Assembly: GCA_964016885.1 (NCBI GenBank)
Contig: OZ024749.1
Coordinates: forward strand, 40,610,001-40,674,000
Reading direction: 5' to 3'
DNA length: 64,000 nt
DNA from: Eledone cirrhosa
Lineage: Eukaryota
Under the pieces are notes generated by a model, which saw only the letters and a list, made by a program, of their open reading frames with translations, was not told the DNA's origin and made no database searches. A program made the translations under genes and the position numbers. This document shows positions 46,715 to 59,108 of this stretch, piece after piece (position 1 is the first letter of the stretch; each line of letters begins with the position of its first letter).

Positions 46715-48786
46715 GTGGGTTCTTGCTATGCCTATATTCCTGTCTACCTAGCTAGCTATCTCTATATATTTCTGTCATTCCATGTATTTAACTAACAAGT
46801 CAGCTGGTTATATTACCTACCTACTTATCCACCCATCTGCCAATATACCCTATTATCTACGTATATATCTATTTCTATCTAGCTATATATCTATCTGTGC
46901 ATTCTACAAATATATATCTACCTACTTATCTATCTGTATTTATTACTGTTTTATTTCCACAACTGGGTGTGTAACTATCTGTCTGACTGTCTGTATATCT
47001 ATCTGTCAGTCTATCTATTTACCTATCTGTCAGTCTGTCCATCTATCTATCTATCTATCTATCTACCTGATTCTTTTTTTCAAATACCACTTTGGAAGAA
47101 GAATGAGAATGGAGAGAGAGAGGTGCTGTACCCCAGCAAGTTTTATGAAAGGTGGGTGAAAGTGGCGAGAATGGCCCGAGTGAATGGGCCTTCTCTCTAT
47201 ATCAGCCTGTAGGTTGAGGGAAAGGAGTACAAACTCTTCGTACTCCTGGAGATGAGGGTTTCACATTTTTTCGGGGGTATGTGTTACCCATATAAACTGT
47301 CTCCCCCTATTGGGGGAAATCGACTAATTTTTAAATTGCATTTGTGATAACATTTTACACGTTTTATTGTATGTAAACTTCCCCCTTTGTATTTGTCCCC
47401 TACTTTTGTTCGCCTGTGGCTAATAAAGAAACATATCTATCTATCTATCTACCTACCTCTCTATCTGTCAGTTTATCTATCTACTGACCTATCTACCTAC
47501 CTATCTGAAAGTCTGTCTATGTGTCCTCCTGTCTGTGGATCACAGTTACCGCCAATTCAAGCAGAAACTACTTACGTCGCTAGCACATCAAGTAAGGGTG
47601 TTGTGTGGATGCTTGCCACAACCCCCACAGTTCTGTTGTTTTGACACCGTGTTAGAAAACATTCCCCTCCTCCAAAATTGCTGGCCTTGTGCCTATATAA
47701 GAATGCCTATATAAGAAAACATTATTAAAGTGATATGTCAGAACAACACTTTCCAGTTATTTTTTGTCACATATACCAAGGTTCCGATTTCAAACCCTCT
47801 CCCCGATCATTTCACTCTGCCGTGTTGTATGAAATAAACAAGTTATATATTACAATATCCTACATCTTACTTCTATACAGTTGTCACATTGTTTAGCCCC
47901 AGATCAAGTCCTGGTTGAGAAAATCTATGATCAAAGGTTATTCTAACCAGGACCATTGCATCATATTTTCAGGCATAGTGCAACTAGGTTCTATTTGAGC
48001 TCCTCGTTGACACGCGTATAAGTATGTGTGAAAGATGTTTATCCCCAGGACAATCCTATCAAACAAACATGATCAAAGAAATCCCTGCCATGACATGTCT
48101 TATACAATTAGTGAATCGAGGACAATATTTTTAACGCGTCCTTCGTTTTTTTTTGTGTGTGATGAGGGGGAAGGGTGAGATTTAAGGTAAACCTATTTGG
48201 CTGTTATTTCTAACATGTCGACTGACGATCTAGAGCCCTCTATATGATATGTTAGGCATGTGTTTGGCTGTTATCTCTAATGACAGCCTAGAGCCTTCTC
48301 TGTGTGATGTGTTAGACATATCTAGATGTATTTAGCTGCTATTTCTAGCATGTCGAACGATCACCTAGAGCCCTCTCCTCTGAGATTTGTTAGACATAGA
48401 TGTATTTGGCTGCTATTTCTAACACGACGAGTGACCACAAATAGCATTGATTTGTGTGTCGTAGATGTATTTGGCTGTTATTTCTAGAGTGTCGAGTGAA
48501 CATGTAGTGCCCTACACATTATTTTATACGGTGTGCTACATAATTAGTACTTTATCCTTTCAGATCAATATTTATTTATAGTTTCCAATAAGGTACCTTT
48601 TAAAATCATTTTTGTTCTATAATTAACTACCTGTGGCTATCTATTATATATACATAGAAGCCTATTCGAACATACACGTTTGTCCACACACACACACACA
48701 CACACACACGGAACAGCTTTCAAACGTGTATTCATTAAAATAAAAATTCGAACACAATCATGTCTTCAGTATGTATGCAAGTGTGC

Positions 48787-48831
<45 letters not shown>

Positions 48832-48966
48832 ATATAGAAGATAGTGAATGAAAATACACACATGTATATACTATACTAACGTACACACGTGTCTGAGATG
48901 CTATCTCTATAAGCTTCTGTTGCTGTTTTTGCCGTTTATACACCCACGCCCACTTTTTTCGTTTTA

Positions 48967-49004
<38 letters not shown>

Positions 49005-49013
<9 letters not shown>

Positions 49014-49414
49014 TAAACAAATAATGAACAAACAATTCCTTATATTAAACAAAAAAAGTTCACTATTTAACGATCGTTTCTAGGGTATATATGTGTTATA
49101 ATTGGTATGCATATTCAACAGATCTATGTACAAAATTATACAAAATTATACAAATTATCAAGATTAAATATACATACCTAACACATATATACGCCGTCTT
49201 CAGAAATAATTATTTCTGAAGACGGCGTATATATGTGTTAGGTATGTATATTTAATCTTGATAATTTGTATAATTTTGTATAATTTTGTACATAGATCTG
49301 TTGAATATGCATACCAATTATAACACATATATACCCTAGAAACGATCGTTAAATAGTGAACTTTTTTTGTTTAATATAAGGAATTGTTTGTTCATTATTT
49401 GTTTAATATTTTAT
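49005..49414. repeat. Perfect 410-bp spacerless palindrome
   Basis: The centre lies between 49209 and 49210 (…CTTCAGAAATAA|TTATTTCTGAAG…). No mismatch seen by eye. The left end abuts (TA)n. Confidence 0.95.
49211..49355 (+). ncRNA. Type I hammerhead motif (mirror copy 49064..49208, minus)
   Basis: UAUUU-CUGAAGA(49216-22)-cggcGUAUAUAUGUGUUA...UAACACAUAUAUACccua-GAAA(49339-42)-CGAUCG-UU^-AAAUA. Stem III is palindromic; the base of stem II is imperfect. Confidence 0.72.
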
Positions 49415-49568
49415 CTTGACTCTGTATACCGTTTATCTTTCACCGAAAGTGGATTTTCATTACATCTCTTCTTTCCATGATATCCGGAATACATTGAGTT
49501 CTTCATACGGATTGGACACTACCGTAAACTCTTGGTAGATTTATCTACATATATATATATATATATAT

Positions 49569-49676
49569 GAACCAGTAAGACCCCGACAGCTGAGCTCAAG
49601 CCGTTTCGACGGCTAATTCTGTCCAGAATTAGCCGTCGAAACGGCTTGAGCTCAGCTGTCGGGGTCTTACTGGTTC
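49569..49676. repeat. Palindrome with 53-bp arms containing the 3' half of a hammerhead
   Basis: Arms 49569-49621 and 49624-49676. GAAA-CGGCuugagcucaGCUG-UC-GGGG. A non-palindromic copy of the same repeat is at ~59407-59545 and relatives are at ~8440-8470 and ~27865-27892. Confidence 0.9.
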
Positions 49677-49756
49677 CTATTACCCACTCTACTACCTCAA
49701 GTATTGAGTACTTTGGTGCGTTATGGTCCACCTGGTTCCTTACCACATTTCCTTCG

Positions 49757-49804
<48 letters not shown>

Positions 49805-50059
49805 AGCTTGAAATGTAACTGTTATGTGGTTGGTGTTAGGAAGTGTATCCTGTCGTAGAAACCATGACAAAAATGGAACGTGTGAGCAAGACAAGGTTCT
49901 CTGACCAGTCTAGTCTCCGATCATGACCACCCGCCCAACCCATGCCACCATAGAAGAACGGACGTAAAATGATAGTTTAAAAGGTGTCTTTTGACATGAA
50001 ACTCCAGGTCCTTCACAGCTATAATATATATATATACATTAGACGGGTAGTCGTGTGTG

Positions 50060-50099
<40 letters not shown>

Positions 50100-50164
50100 T
50101 AACTACCCGTCTAACCCATGCAAACATGGAAAATAGAGGTTAAACAGTAATGATGATGATAATA

Positions 50165-50360
50165 CGAGGTTCGGCTGAAAAGTTTATAGGCTGTCTATGA
50201 AGCAGTGATGCAAGGGCTGTGAAATATTACATGCATTAATTTCAACTTTTCTTATTAATAACTGCATTATTTCTTTCCAGGGACTGTTGAAAAATAAACC
50301 TCATTTGGTCATTCCATGAGGGTATCTTGGTCATCCTATGAACTTTTTATCCCACCCTCA
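50165..50360. mobile_element. mariner-like MITE
   Basis: TA-flanked imperfect TIRs CGAGGTTCGGCTGAAAAGTTTATAGG / CCTATGAACTTTTTATCCCACCCTCA. Confidence 0.65.
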
Positions 50361-53300
50361 TATATAATGTGTTGATGGTCAGAACTGATTACTTGACCAC
50401 AATTGGACTGCATCAACTGGTAAATCCAGCTTAATTAAGCCAGCATCTGTATACTGTGGTTTGATCCAGCAGTGGATCAGCAATGGCTAAATGTAATGTC
50501 TTGTGTAACAAGAGGTCAGTTGCCCCACATGAATACTGAATTAGTATGTAAACACCTGTCCAAGGTGTCAGGAAGACGGATGTTAAATGATGATAATATA
50601 GTATGTAGTAGCACTCCGTCGGTTGCAACGAGTATTCCTGTTGATATGATCAACGGAACAGCTTGCTATTGAAATTAACATGCAAGTGGATGAGCATTCC
50701 ACAAATACCGCCTTTAATGTAGTTCTCGGTGAGATTCAGTAATGACGCAGAATTTGACATGGCTAGCCCTTCAAATTAGAGGTACAACTCATTTTTGCCA
50801 GCTGAATAGACAGGAGCAATGTGTCTTGCTGAAGGACACACCACACTGCCAGAAATCGAACTCACGACCATACGATCATGAGCTGAATACCCTAACCACA
50901 AAGCCACGTGCTTTCACATAATATAGTATAACTACACAAAATAAGAGATTTGTACTTAGACTCTTGATAAGTATAAAGTCACCCTTAAATCTTTACATTG
51001 GTGCACTCTCCTTTTGGAAACTAGAGACTAACATACTAACTCCCTTTCACCTTAGCCCTTTACCATTTACATTACTCTATATTTACTATTGTATTTTCAT
51101 GGTAAACACTTTATTTCACTTAATATCTCACATATCAAATCTATGAGATGTTGATATTATTTATTTTGAGAATAATAACTTAATATAAGTATAAGTGCAG
51201 GGCGATAAAAATAGATGGTAGCCACGGAGTAGGCAGACCCAGAAAAACCTGGGACGACTTGATAAATTCCGACCTCACACACTTATACCTCTCCTAGACA
51301 ATGTCACTGGACCGAGATCTTTGGCGCTACACAGTAATACAGAAGACCCACCTTACCTAAGTACAAAGCGAAACCTACAGTCAGTAAGCACATCTAACAA
51401 AAATACACCCCCACTCCACCCCACCCCATCCACACCACACCACCCCTTTCGATGTAAAGTTATGATGGTACCACAACATCCAGTCCGAAATAAATGAGGT
51501 CGTGTAGGTGTCACGAAAAAAAATACACACAGTCCACGCTGGAATGTGGCCGTGTAGGTAACACGGTAAAAACCTCCCAGTCCACACTGTAAACGTGGTT
51601 GGTGTTAGGAAGGGCATCCAGCCGTAGAAAACCCGCCAGACAGTCCTATGTGGGCAAGACAACCAATCTTGCCTCAAGTGGGAAAACTCCCGTCCAAACC
51701 CATGCAAGCGTGGAAGATGGACGTTAAACGATGATGATGAGAAGAGGTGAGAGAATACTGGCCGGATTTGGCCGATTTAAATGCAAAAAAAAGGCTTAAC
51801 CTCTAGACATGGTGAAAACTTCCTCACTATCCTTGCACAAAATAAGTGGTAGGATCTTTGTTCTACATGAGGCAACACTTCATGGATCCTCTGTCAGTTT
51901 TGATGAGTATTCAGTAGTTTGAGCTACTGAACGTCCTACTTATATAAATGGTTGAATATTCCACTTAACGTAATTCTCAGGCCAAATCAGTGTGACACAA
52001 TATGTGACAAGATCTGGCTTTTCAATTACATGTTCAGTCCATCCAGTGGGCTTCTACGCAGTTTCTATCTACCCAATTTCACACACAAGGCTTCGGTTCA
52101 CCCAAATCTACAATAAAATATTCTTGCTCAAAATACCACACTAGGATCCAACCTGGGCCCTCATAATTGTATAATTGTGTATCAAACTTCTTAACCACTC
52201 AACCATGTCTGTGTCCACAACTAACTGTTTGAAATAAAGCCCCCCACCTACCCAAAGTCACACAGACACAATGTGGAGCCATCTTGCAGTCCATTGTGTG
52301 GAGAATGGTCTTGTTATCCATTCTCCATGTTGTAGACATGTGCCTTATCTTGAAGCTATTGTGACATTTGTAAGGGAAGGGCATAATCAGGGGAATTAAC
52401 CCCAGTTGGAAGAAGGAAAGAGGAAATCGAAATGTTCAGGGATGTAACTAACTGAAGGTTTCTAGTTAAGATCCTCTCATTGTACAGGGCCATATTATTC
52501 ATAAGGCTGACTTGTCTGCATATAGTTTATAAGGCAGTCGAACCCATGCAAGTGTGGAAAAGCAGACATAAAAATGATCATCATCATTAGTCTGAAGACT
52601 AGGAGCCAGTCAATTTAAATTTTTTTTTGTTGTACTTTGTTACCTGAGTCTAACTGGATGTGTTACCTGTGATAGACAGGTGTCTGGCTCTAACTGTGGA
52701 TGTGTTACCTGTGATAGACTGGTGAGTTTAACTATGATAGTGGGACATAGGTATCAGGTAATTTAGAGAATGTTACCTGTAATAAACTGTTACACTCTCA
52801 CTTAATATATATAATAACCAGCCACACTCCCACTCAATATATAATAAACAACCACACTCTCACTCAATATGTATCTCAACCAGTCACTCTCACACTCTAT
52901 ATATAATAACCAGCCACACTCGCTCAATACACCATAACATAGATACACAGTCAACATACACATATGCAACACACACATGCAATGCCCCCCTTCCAAAGCA
53001 ACACACCTACACACAGACTTTCAGAAAAAGCCAGTCAGTAACATGTTCTTGCCATTATTGTCACCAGATGGCAGAGGTTAGCCTCACCATTCATGTAATT
53101 CTTGATGGTCAACCCAACATCAGTTGTCACCATCTTGTCCTTCTCTTCAACTACATAAGCTAATGTGTTCTGCCATTTTCAAAATAGTTGTATGTAATTT
53201 GAAAAATATTTAGCTGCTATTTCTAGCAGGTTTAACGACCATTTAGTTGTTTTACTTGAATGGCAACACATAAATCAAGTAAAACGACAACAAAGAACCA

Positions 53301-53508
53301 GACTATACAGTATTGTTTGAGGCAGAATGTTTATAGATATATATATATATATATATAATATATGATGATGATGATTTATATATATATATACACATACATA
53401 CACAGGGTGTGTCCTCCAAAATATATACACACTTTTATTAAAATGCTGTTGAAATATGTATACATTTTTTGGGGACACCCTTTGTGTATATATATATATA
53501 TATATATA

Positions 53509-53808
53509 TACATTATGAAGAGAGAAGAAACATTTAGATATAATTAGTAATAAAATGTATCATACCTAAACTGCTCCCCTTCCGCCTTTTGGGATTCTTT
53601 CTCACGTCGTGTAGACGCGTTCTTGAGACTAGTAAAATGAGGTATCCTCTTGATAAGTCGGCAGACCTCGCAGGGACTCTATATCTTTATGATATATTGT
53701 TTTTGTTTATGCCACGAAACTACGTAGTCGAGGAATTTAGGAGCAGTTTAGGTATGATACATTTTATTACTAATTATATCTAAATGTTTCTTCTCTCTTC
53801 ATAATGTA
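53509..53808. repeat. Inverted repeat (69-bp perfect arms) enclosing a hammerhead-like motif at 53645..53734 (+)
   Basis: Arms 53509-53577 and 53740-53808. The spacer has UCCUC-UUGAUAA-gucggca...ugccac-GAAA-CUACGUAG-UC^-GAGGA, with two changes in the core. Confidence 0.85.
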
Positions 53809-53968
53809 TTTTTAACTCTGATACTGGTTCAGTCTAGTTCAAACTGAATTGGTCTGTCCCAGTCATTCATTGAGCAACATCGGTGAAGTTGGCACCCTTA
53901 ACTCACAGTTGGGTGCGGATGCATTCATGTATATATGTGTGTGTCCGCATGTATCTGTGTGTTTCTAA

Positions 53969-54011
<43 letters not shown>

Positions 54012-54162
54012 TCTGAAACCAATAGACGTGTCTGAGGAACCTGCGAGTCTAGAGCCAGGTTGATCCACACACGGACCGCACCTCGAGTTGTTCACCGGGA
54101 AAATAATTATAACACACAATAAAAATTGAGTTTCGATGAATCACGGATTTTTTTTCGTTTTC

Positions 54163-54247
<85 letters not shown>

Positions 54248-54575
54248 GGCACATGGCTTAGTGGTTAAAGCATTGGCCTTGCAATCGAAAGGTTGTGAGT
54301 TCAATTCTCAGACCGGGTGATGTGTTGTTTCCTTGATCAAGACACTTTATTTCACATTGCTCCAGTTTACTCAGCTGTAGAAATGAAATGATAGGACTGG
54401 ACTCCATATCATTCCACTGTAAAGTGGTCGTGGAGGGTCCACAGAAAAAAATCAGCCAGCACTCACGGTAAATGAGGTTGGTGTCAGGAAGGGCATCCAG
54501 CTGTAGAAATCAAGCCAGAATCAGTTCCCGTCCCAAGCAGGGAAAAGTGGACATAAAATGCTGCTGATGATGATG
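54248..54575 (+). mobile_element. Second SINE family (tRNA head, CORE-like domain, GAT tail); near copy at ~62888-63210
   Basis: A box TGGCTTAGTGG, B box GAGTTCAATTC, CCTTGAnCAAGACACTTTA..., TTGGTGTnAGGAAGGGCATCCAGC and a (GAT)n tail. Confidence 0.75.
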
Positions 54576-55344
54576 ATATATATATATATATAGTCGATCG
54601 ACAAGATCCCAGACCTCATTCGATTAATGAGTGGGGTGGAGCTCATCCAATAAAACACACTCAGTACACATTCTGTACAAATGGTTAGTGATTGGAAGGG
54701 CATCTAGACATAGAAACCTTCCTAAACCTGGGGTTGAAAAGAATCTTCAGTTATGCCTAAAGCGTGACAACCTCTCTAGTTGAATATATATCATATATAC
54801 CATGCTGTTATTAAACCACATGGTGAACAACATGTTGCAATACTGAATTACTGTATGTATATTTCCCTCTTAATGTATTAAGACAATACGATGGGCTTAT
54901 ATTGACGCTGGAAATAGCAGCCCAAACCATCTAAATCAGTTTAACAATGCTGGAGCTGTCAATATTAATTTATAACTCTATAAAGTTAACTGTCTCCAAT
55001 ACATGTAAACAAACAGGATGTGGTCACCTAACATGTCTGGCCTCATAACGTGACAGCTTGTCTAACCCATACAAGAAAGGAAAATAGACGTTAAATGGTT
55101 GTGGTGATGATGAAGATAAAGCACCAGACATGATAAAATGTCTTGAAGTATTTGTTCTGACTTTTTACATTTTGAGTTCAAATCCCACGTAGGTCAAATT
55201 TGCCCTTCGTCCTTCCGTGAGGTTGATAAAATAAAGTACCAATGAAGTACTGACTATATAGTTAACAGTGAAGAACTGGAGTTGATATAATCTACTATGT
55301 ATCACTACCCTCTCTTCCATATTAGGTGAACAACTGTGATTTAA

Positions 55345-55910
55345 TAATAATAATAATAATGAAAATGATTGTGTACAGTGCTCAGGTGCACTACAACTCA
55401 TCAAAGGTGCATGTATAGTACATGCTGTACATAATAATGTACAAATATCAGGAAAGTGAACTGTGTATGAGTCATGATATACACACAGATACATGTGTGC
55501 GTGTGTATGGAGGGAGAATATCAGGTGTAGTGTTGGCAAATTATGAGAAGCATGGAAATTTTGAAGGATGCAGTACCCTGACAGCTATCAACCGATACAG
55601 GTAGCTTGTTCCATGCTTCAACAACTCTAAGTGTGAAAAAATGTTTCTGAAAGTCATGGAAGCTGTGCTGTTTTTTGACTTTTTAAGCATGCCCACGGGT
55701 GTTAGACACATGGAATTCAAAAAGGTGCTCAGGGTTGTTGCTGGCAATATTGATAATAATTTTGTGGGTGTTTACCAAGTCAGTTGCTAGATGTCGGAGC
55801 TTTAATGTATCCATGCCCAGGGAAGCAAGGCGTTCAGGTAGATGCCTGATGGAGGGTATTCGCTCGGTTGCATGTTTTCAGGAGGTCCATATTCTGAGCA
55901 AGATAGAAAT
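55345..55910 (-). mobile_element. CR1-type LINE 3' fragment; second copy ~61750-62152 (+)
   Basis: NTRGHA*KVKKQHSFHDFQKHFFTLRVVEAWNKLPVSVDSCQGTASFK is a CR1 C-terminal motif. It has an (ATT)n tail. Confidence 0.8.
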
Positions 55911-56329
55911 TCTAAGTGTGGCCGCACCATAGCTATATCATCGTTTAATGTCCATTTTCCACGCTAGCATGGGTAGGACCAGCTGTCCCTTTGTGAGAGT
56001 TCAGGTCGGAGGACCATGTTTCGCTCACACAGGGCTGTTTTGGGCTTGGTTTCTGCGGTTGGATGCCCTTCCTAATGCCAACCACATTTACAGTGTGTGC
56101 TAGGTGCTTTTTGTTGTGACCTACATGACCACTTTAAAGTGTGAACTGGGCACTTTTTGTTGTATCGCCAACATGACCACATTACAGTGTGAGCTGGAGG
56201 CTTCGCTGGATGTATACTTCAACTTGTCCTCATGGGAGTTGTGGGGAGGGACAATGCTTCAGCTACGCCCTGTGCCCGTGGGTCTTCTGTATTACTGCTG
56301 ACAAAGGTCTTACTAAGACACCCTTGGCC

Positions 56330-56797
56330 TATGTAGTTAACTATATACCACCTTCTCCTCCACATTAGGTCAACAACTGGGTTATAGTTAACTTATACCA
56401 CCCCCTCCTCCTCCATATTAAGTCAACAACTAGGTTATACTTAACTATATACCACCTCCCCCCCCACAGGTCAACAACTGGGTTATAGTTACCACTATAT
56501 ACCACTGTCTCCTCTATATTAGGTCAACAACTGGGTTATAGTTAACTATATACCACCCCCTCCTCCTTATTAGGTCAACAACTGGGTTATAGTTAACTAT
56601 ATACCACCCCATGCGCCATATTAGGTCAACAACTGGAACTATTGAAGTCATGTAGTCCAGGGCTCCACTTACTTCACCTGTGTATATTAAAACTTACTTC
56701 ACCTGTGTATATTAAAACTTACTTCACCTGTGTATATTAAAACTTACTTCACCTGTGTATATTAAAACTTACTTCACCTGTGTATATTAAAACTTAC
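56330..56797. repeat. Adjacent minisatellites: ~60-bp unit (56330-56635) and 25-bp unit x5 (56667-56797)
   Basis: AGGTCAACAACTGGGTTATAGTTAACTATATACCACC... and ACTTACTTCACCTGTGTATATTAAA. Confidence 0.92.
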
Positions 56798-56949
56798 GTA
56801 CACACACACACACACACACATACATATCCAGTAAGGTAGAAATGTTCTGTATTCTTTCTCTTTTCTTATTATAGCTCTCTCTCTCTCTCTCTCGTTATAA
56901 CTCTTTCTTTTTTTTTCTCACATTAAGCCTTTGCCTCCCCTGCCTTCAG

Positions 56950-57016
<67 letters not shown>

Positions 57017-58852
57017 TTCCTTCGAATGAAACAGTTCTAGTCCTGTAGAAGCCATTTCTATATTAAACATTGTATATACTCTACTATGTATTGAGTACTT
57101 TACTTACTGTGGTTGAACCCGGGATACACACACACACATACACACACACACACACACACACGAGCACCTATTTTTCCCTCTCACTCTTTTCATCTAGCTA
57201 CTTCCTCTCTCCCTCTTTCGTTCACTCCTACCTCCTCTTTCTGCCTATATCTTCAATGCTGACGTGTCCTTAGTACCCTTATATATATATATTTGCCTTT
57301 ATCATTCTAGTCACTAATCCTCTCTGTATATCTTCACATGTAAACTTATTACTATAACAAATTTAACCCTTTTGTTGCCATATTTCTAAGGAAAGATACT
57401 GCATAGGATTTTCAAATAACTTTGAAAATAATCAAGAATTTGGAGTGATTTAGAACTGTAACTAACTTTCTCCTTATTATACCGGTGTTCGTAGCATAGC
57501 TTAACACGAGGGATTTTTTTTTTACATAGAATTATGATGGACGGTTTTTAGATAAATATAAACACTTTAAAAGAAACAGCTTTGTATTGTAGAACCAGGG
57601 GCGGTTTCGGGAACTTTTTCGGAGTATATGTAAGGACGACATTATCTTTAGGCGCAGACCCCGTAAGAATGAAAGTTAGCTTTGCCTTTCATTGGCTCAT
57701 GTATAATTATTTAATGCCTTTTTTTTCTTTATTTCTCTCTCTCTTCGTATATATGTGTGTGTTATTGAACGATCAGATCTATGTGTAATCAAAAGTATTC
57801 TTGAAAGTTTATCTTGGACTACGCTGTCCAATGTGCAAGTAGGGTGCAAGACGGTGGTTGGAAGAGAGTAAGCAGTGTAAAGGGGCGACAATTATCTTTT
57901 GTTTGTTTGTTTTTTTGCGGGTTGTGTCCCCTGGAAAATACGGACGGAAATTTACAACTCACATCTATGTAGGTTTAGCCGGCTTCTTAAGAGGTTGTCT
58001 CTCATAGGAGGTTTCTTGGGTGTTTTAAAGATAGGGGTTCCCTGTCTTATGATGTTGTAAATGTTACAGCTCACACATATGTAGGTTTTGGTGGCCTCCT
58101 ACAAAGTGGTATCTCAGGAAGTTTCTCACTTGTTTTACATACAGGGATCTCTAGTCCTGTCATGTTGTTGATGTTACAGCTCAAATCTATGTATGTTTAA
58201 ATGACCTCCTTACAAGGTTGTAGCTGATAGGTGGTTTCTCGGGTGTTTTAATGATAGGGGTAATAGTCATATCACGAAAAGCAACAGGAGATGAAGCGTC
58301 TTGCTCAAGTACGCAAGGCACCGCCTCTCAGTTCTAGAATCGAACCTACGACCTTATAATAGTAAGTTCGACACCAAAACCATATATATATTATTGTATA
58401 GAAGGTGAGGTTTGCTGGAGTTTATCAGGGTGAGACAAATTACTGACACAGGACGGACTGTCTGCCTGCCACAGAAAGACTTATGAGGAGATCTGATCAT
58501 ATCTAATGGTTCTCTCGCTCACACACACACACACACACACTCTCTCTCTCTCTCACAAAGCATTGTTGAAACAATTGTGTAATAAATATTGTGTTTGGTT
58601 TATTACATATACAGTGGTTGACTAAATCGACTTCACACATACATGCACAAACTCACACACCACAACCATCTAACTAAAATATGTGGCTTTAAGCCAAAGA
58701 TAGAAATCAATACAGGTTTGAGAAGATTTATTTTTGTAGCAATTTGTGTACTTTGGTCTTAATCATAACATGGCTTTAGTTGATATTTGATGGTAACCTT
58801 AACTTAGCAAGCTTATCACAAGATATATATATATATAATGTATGTGTGTGTA

Positions 58853-58898
<46 letters not shown>

Positions 58899-59062
58899 CA
58901 TATATAGATATATATATATTAAAATTAAATTAAAAAAAAACTCTAAATCAAGATAGACAAAAAAAACATTTCTAACTTCGCTTATATATAGATCTCCATA
59001 CCAAATCTCTGAGAAATTTCTTTCATTGAGATGTTTGGGTATTATAGACTAATTAATCTTTA

Positions 59063-59108
<46 letters not shown>

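Noticed and set aside
56330-56797. CRISPR-like appearance of regular repeats (also 35150-35385, 44450-45040)
   Set aside because: The units are contiguous or have related spacers, there are no cas genes, and the context is eukaryotic. These are minisatellites.
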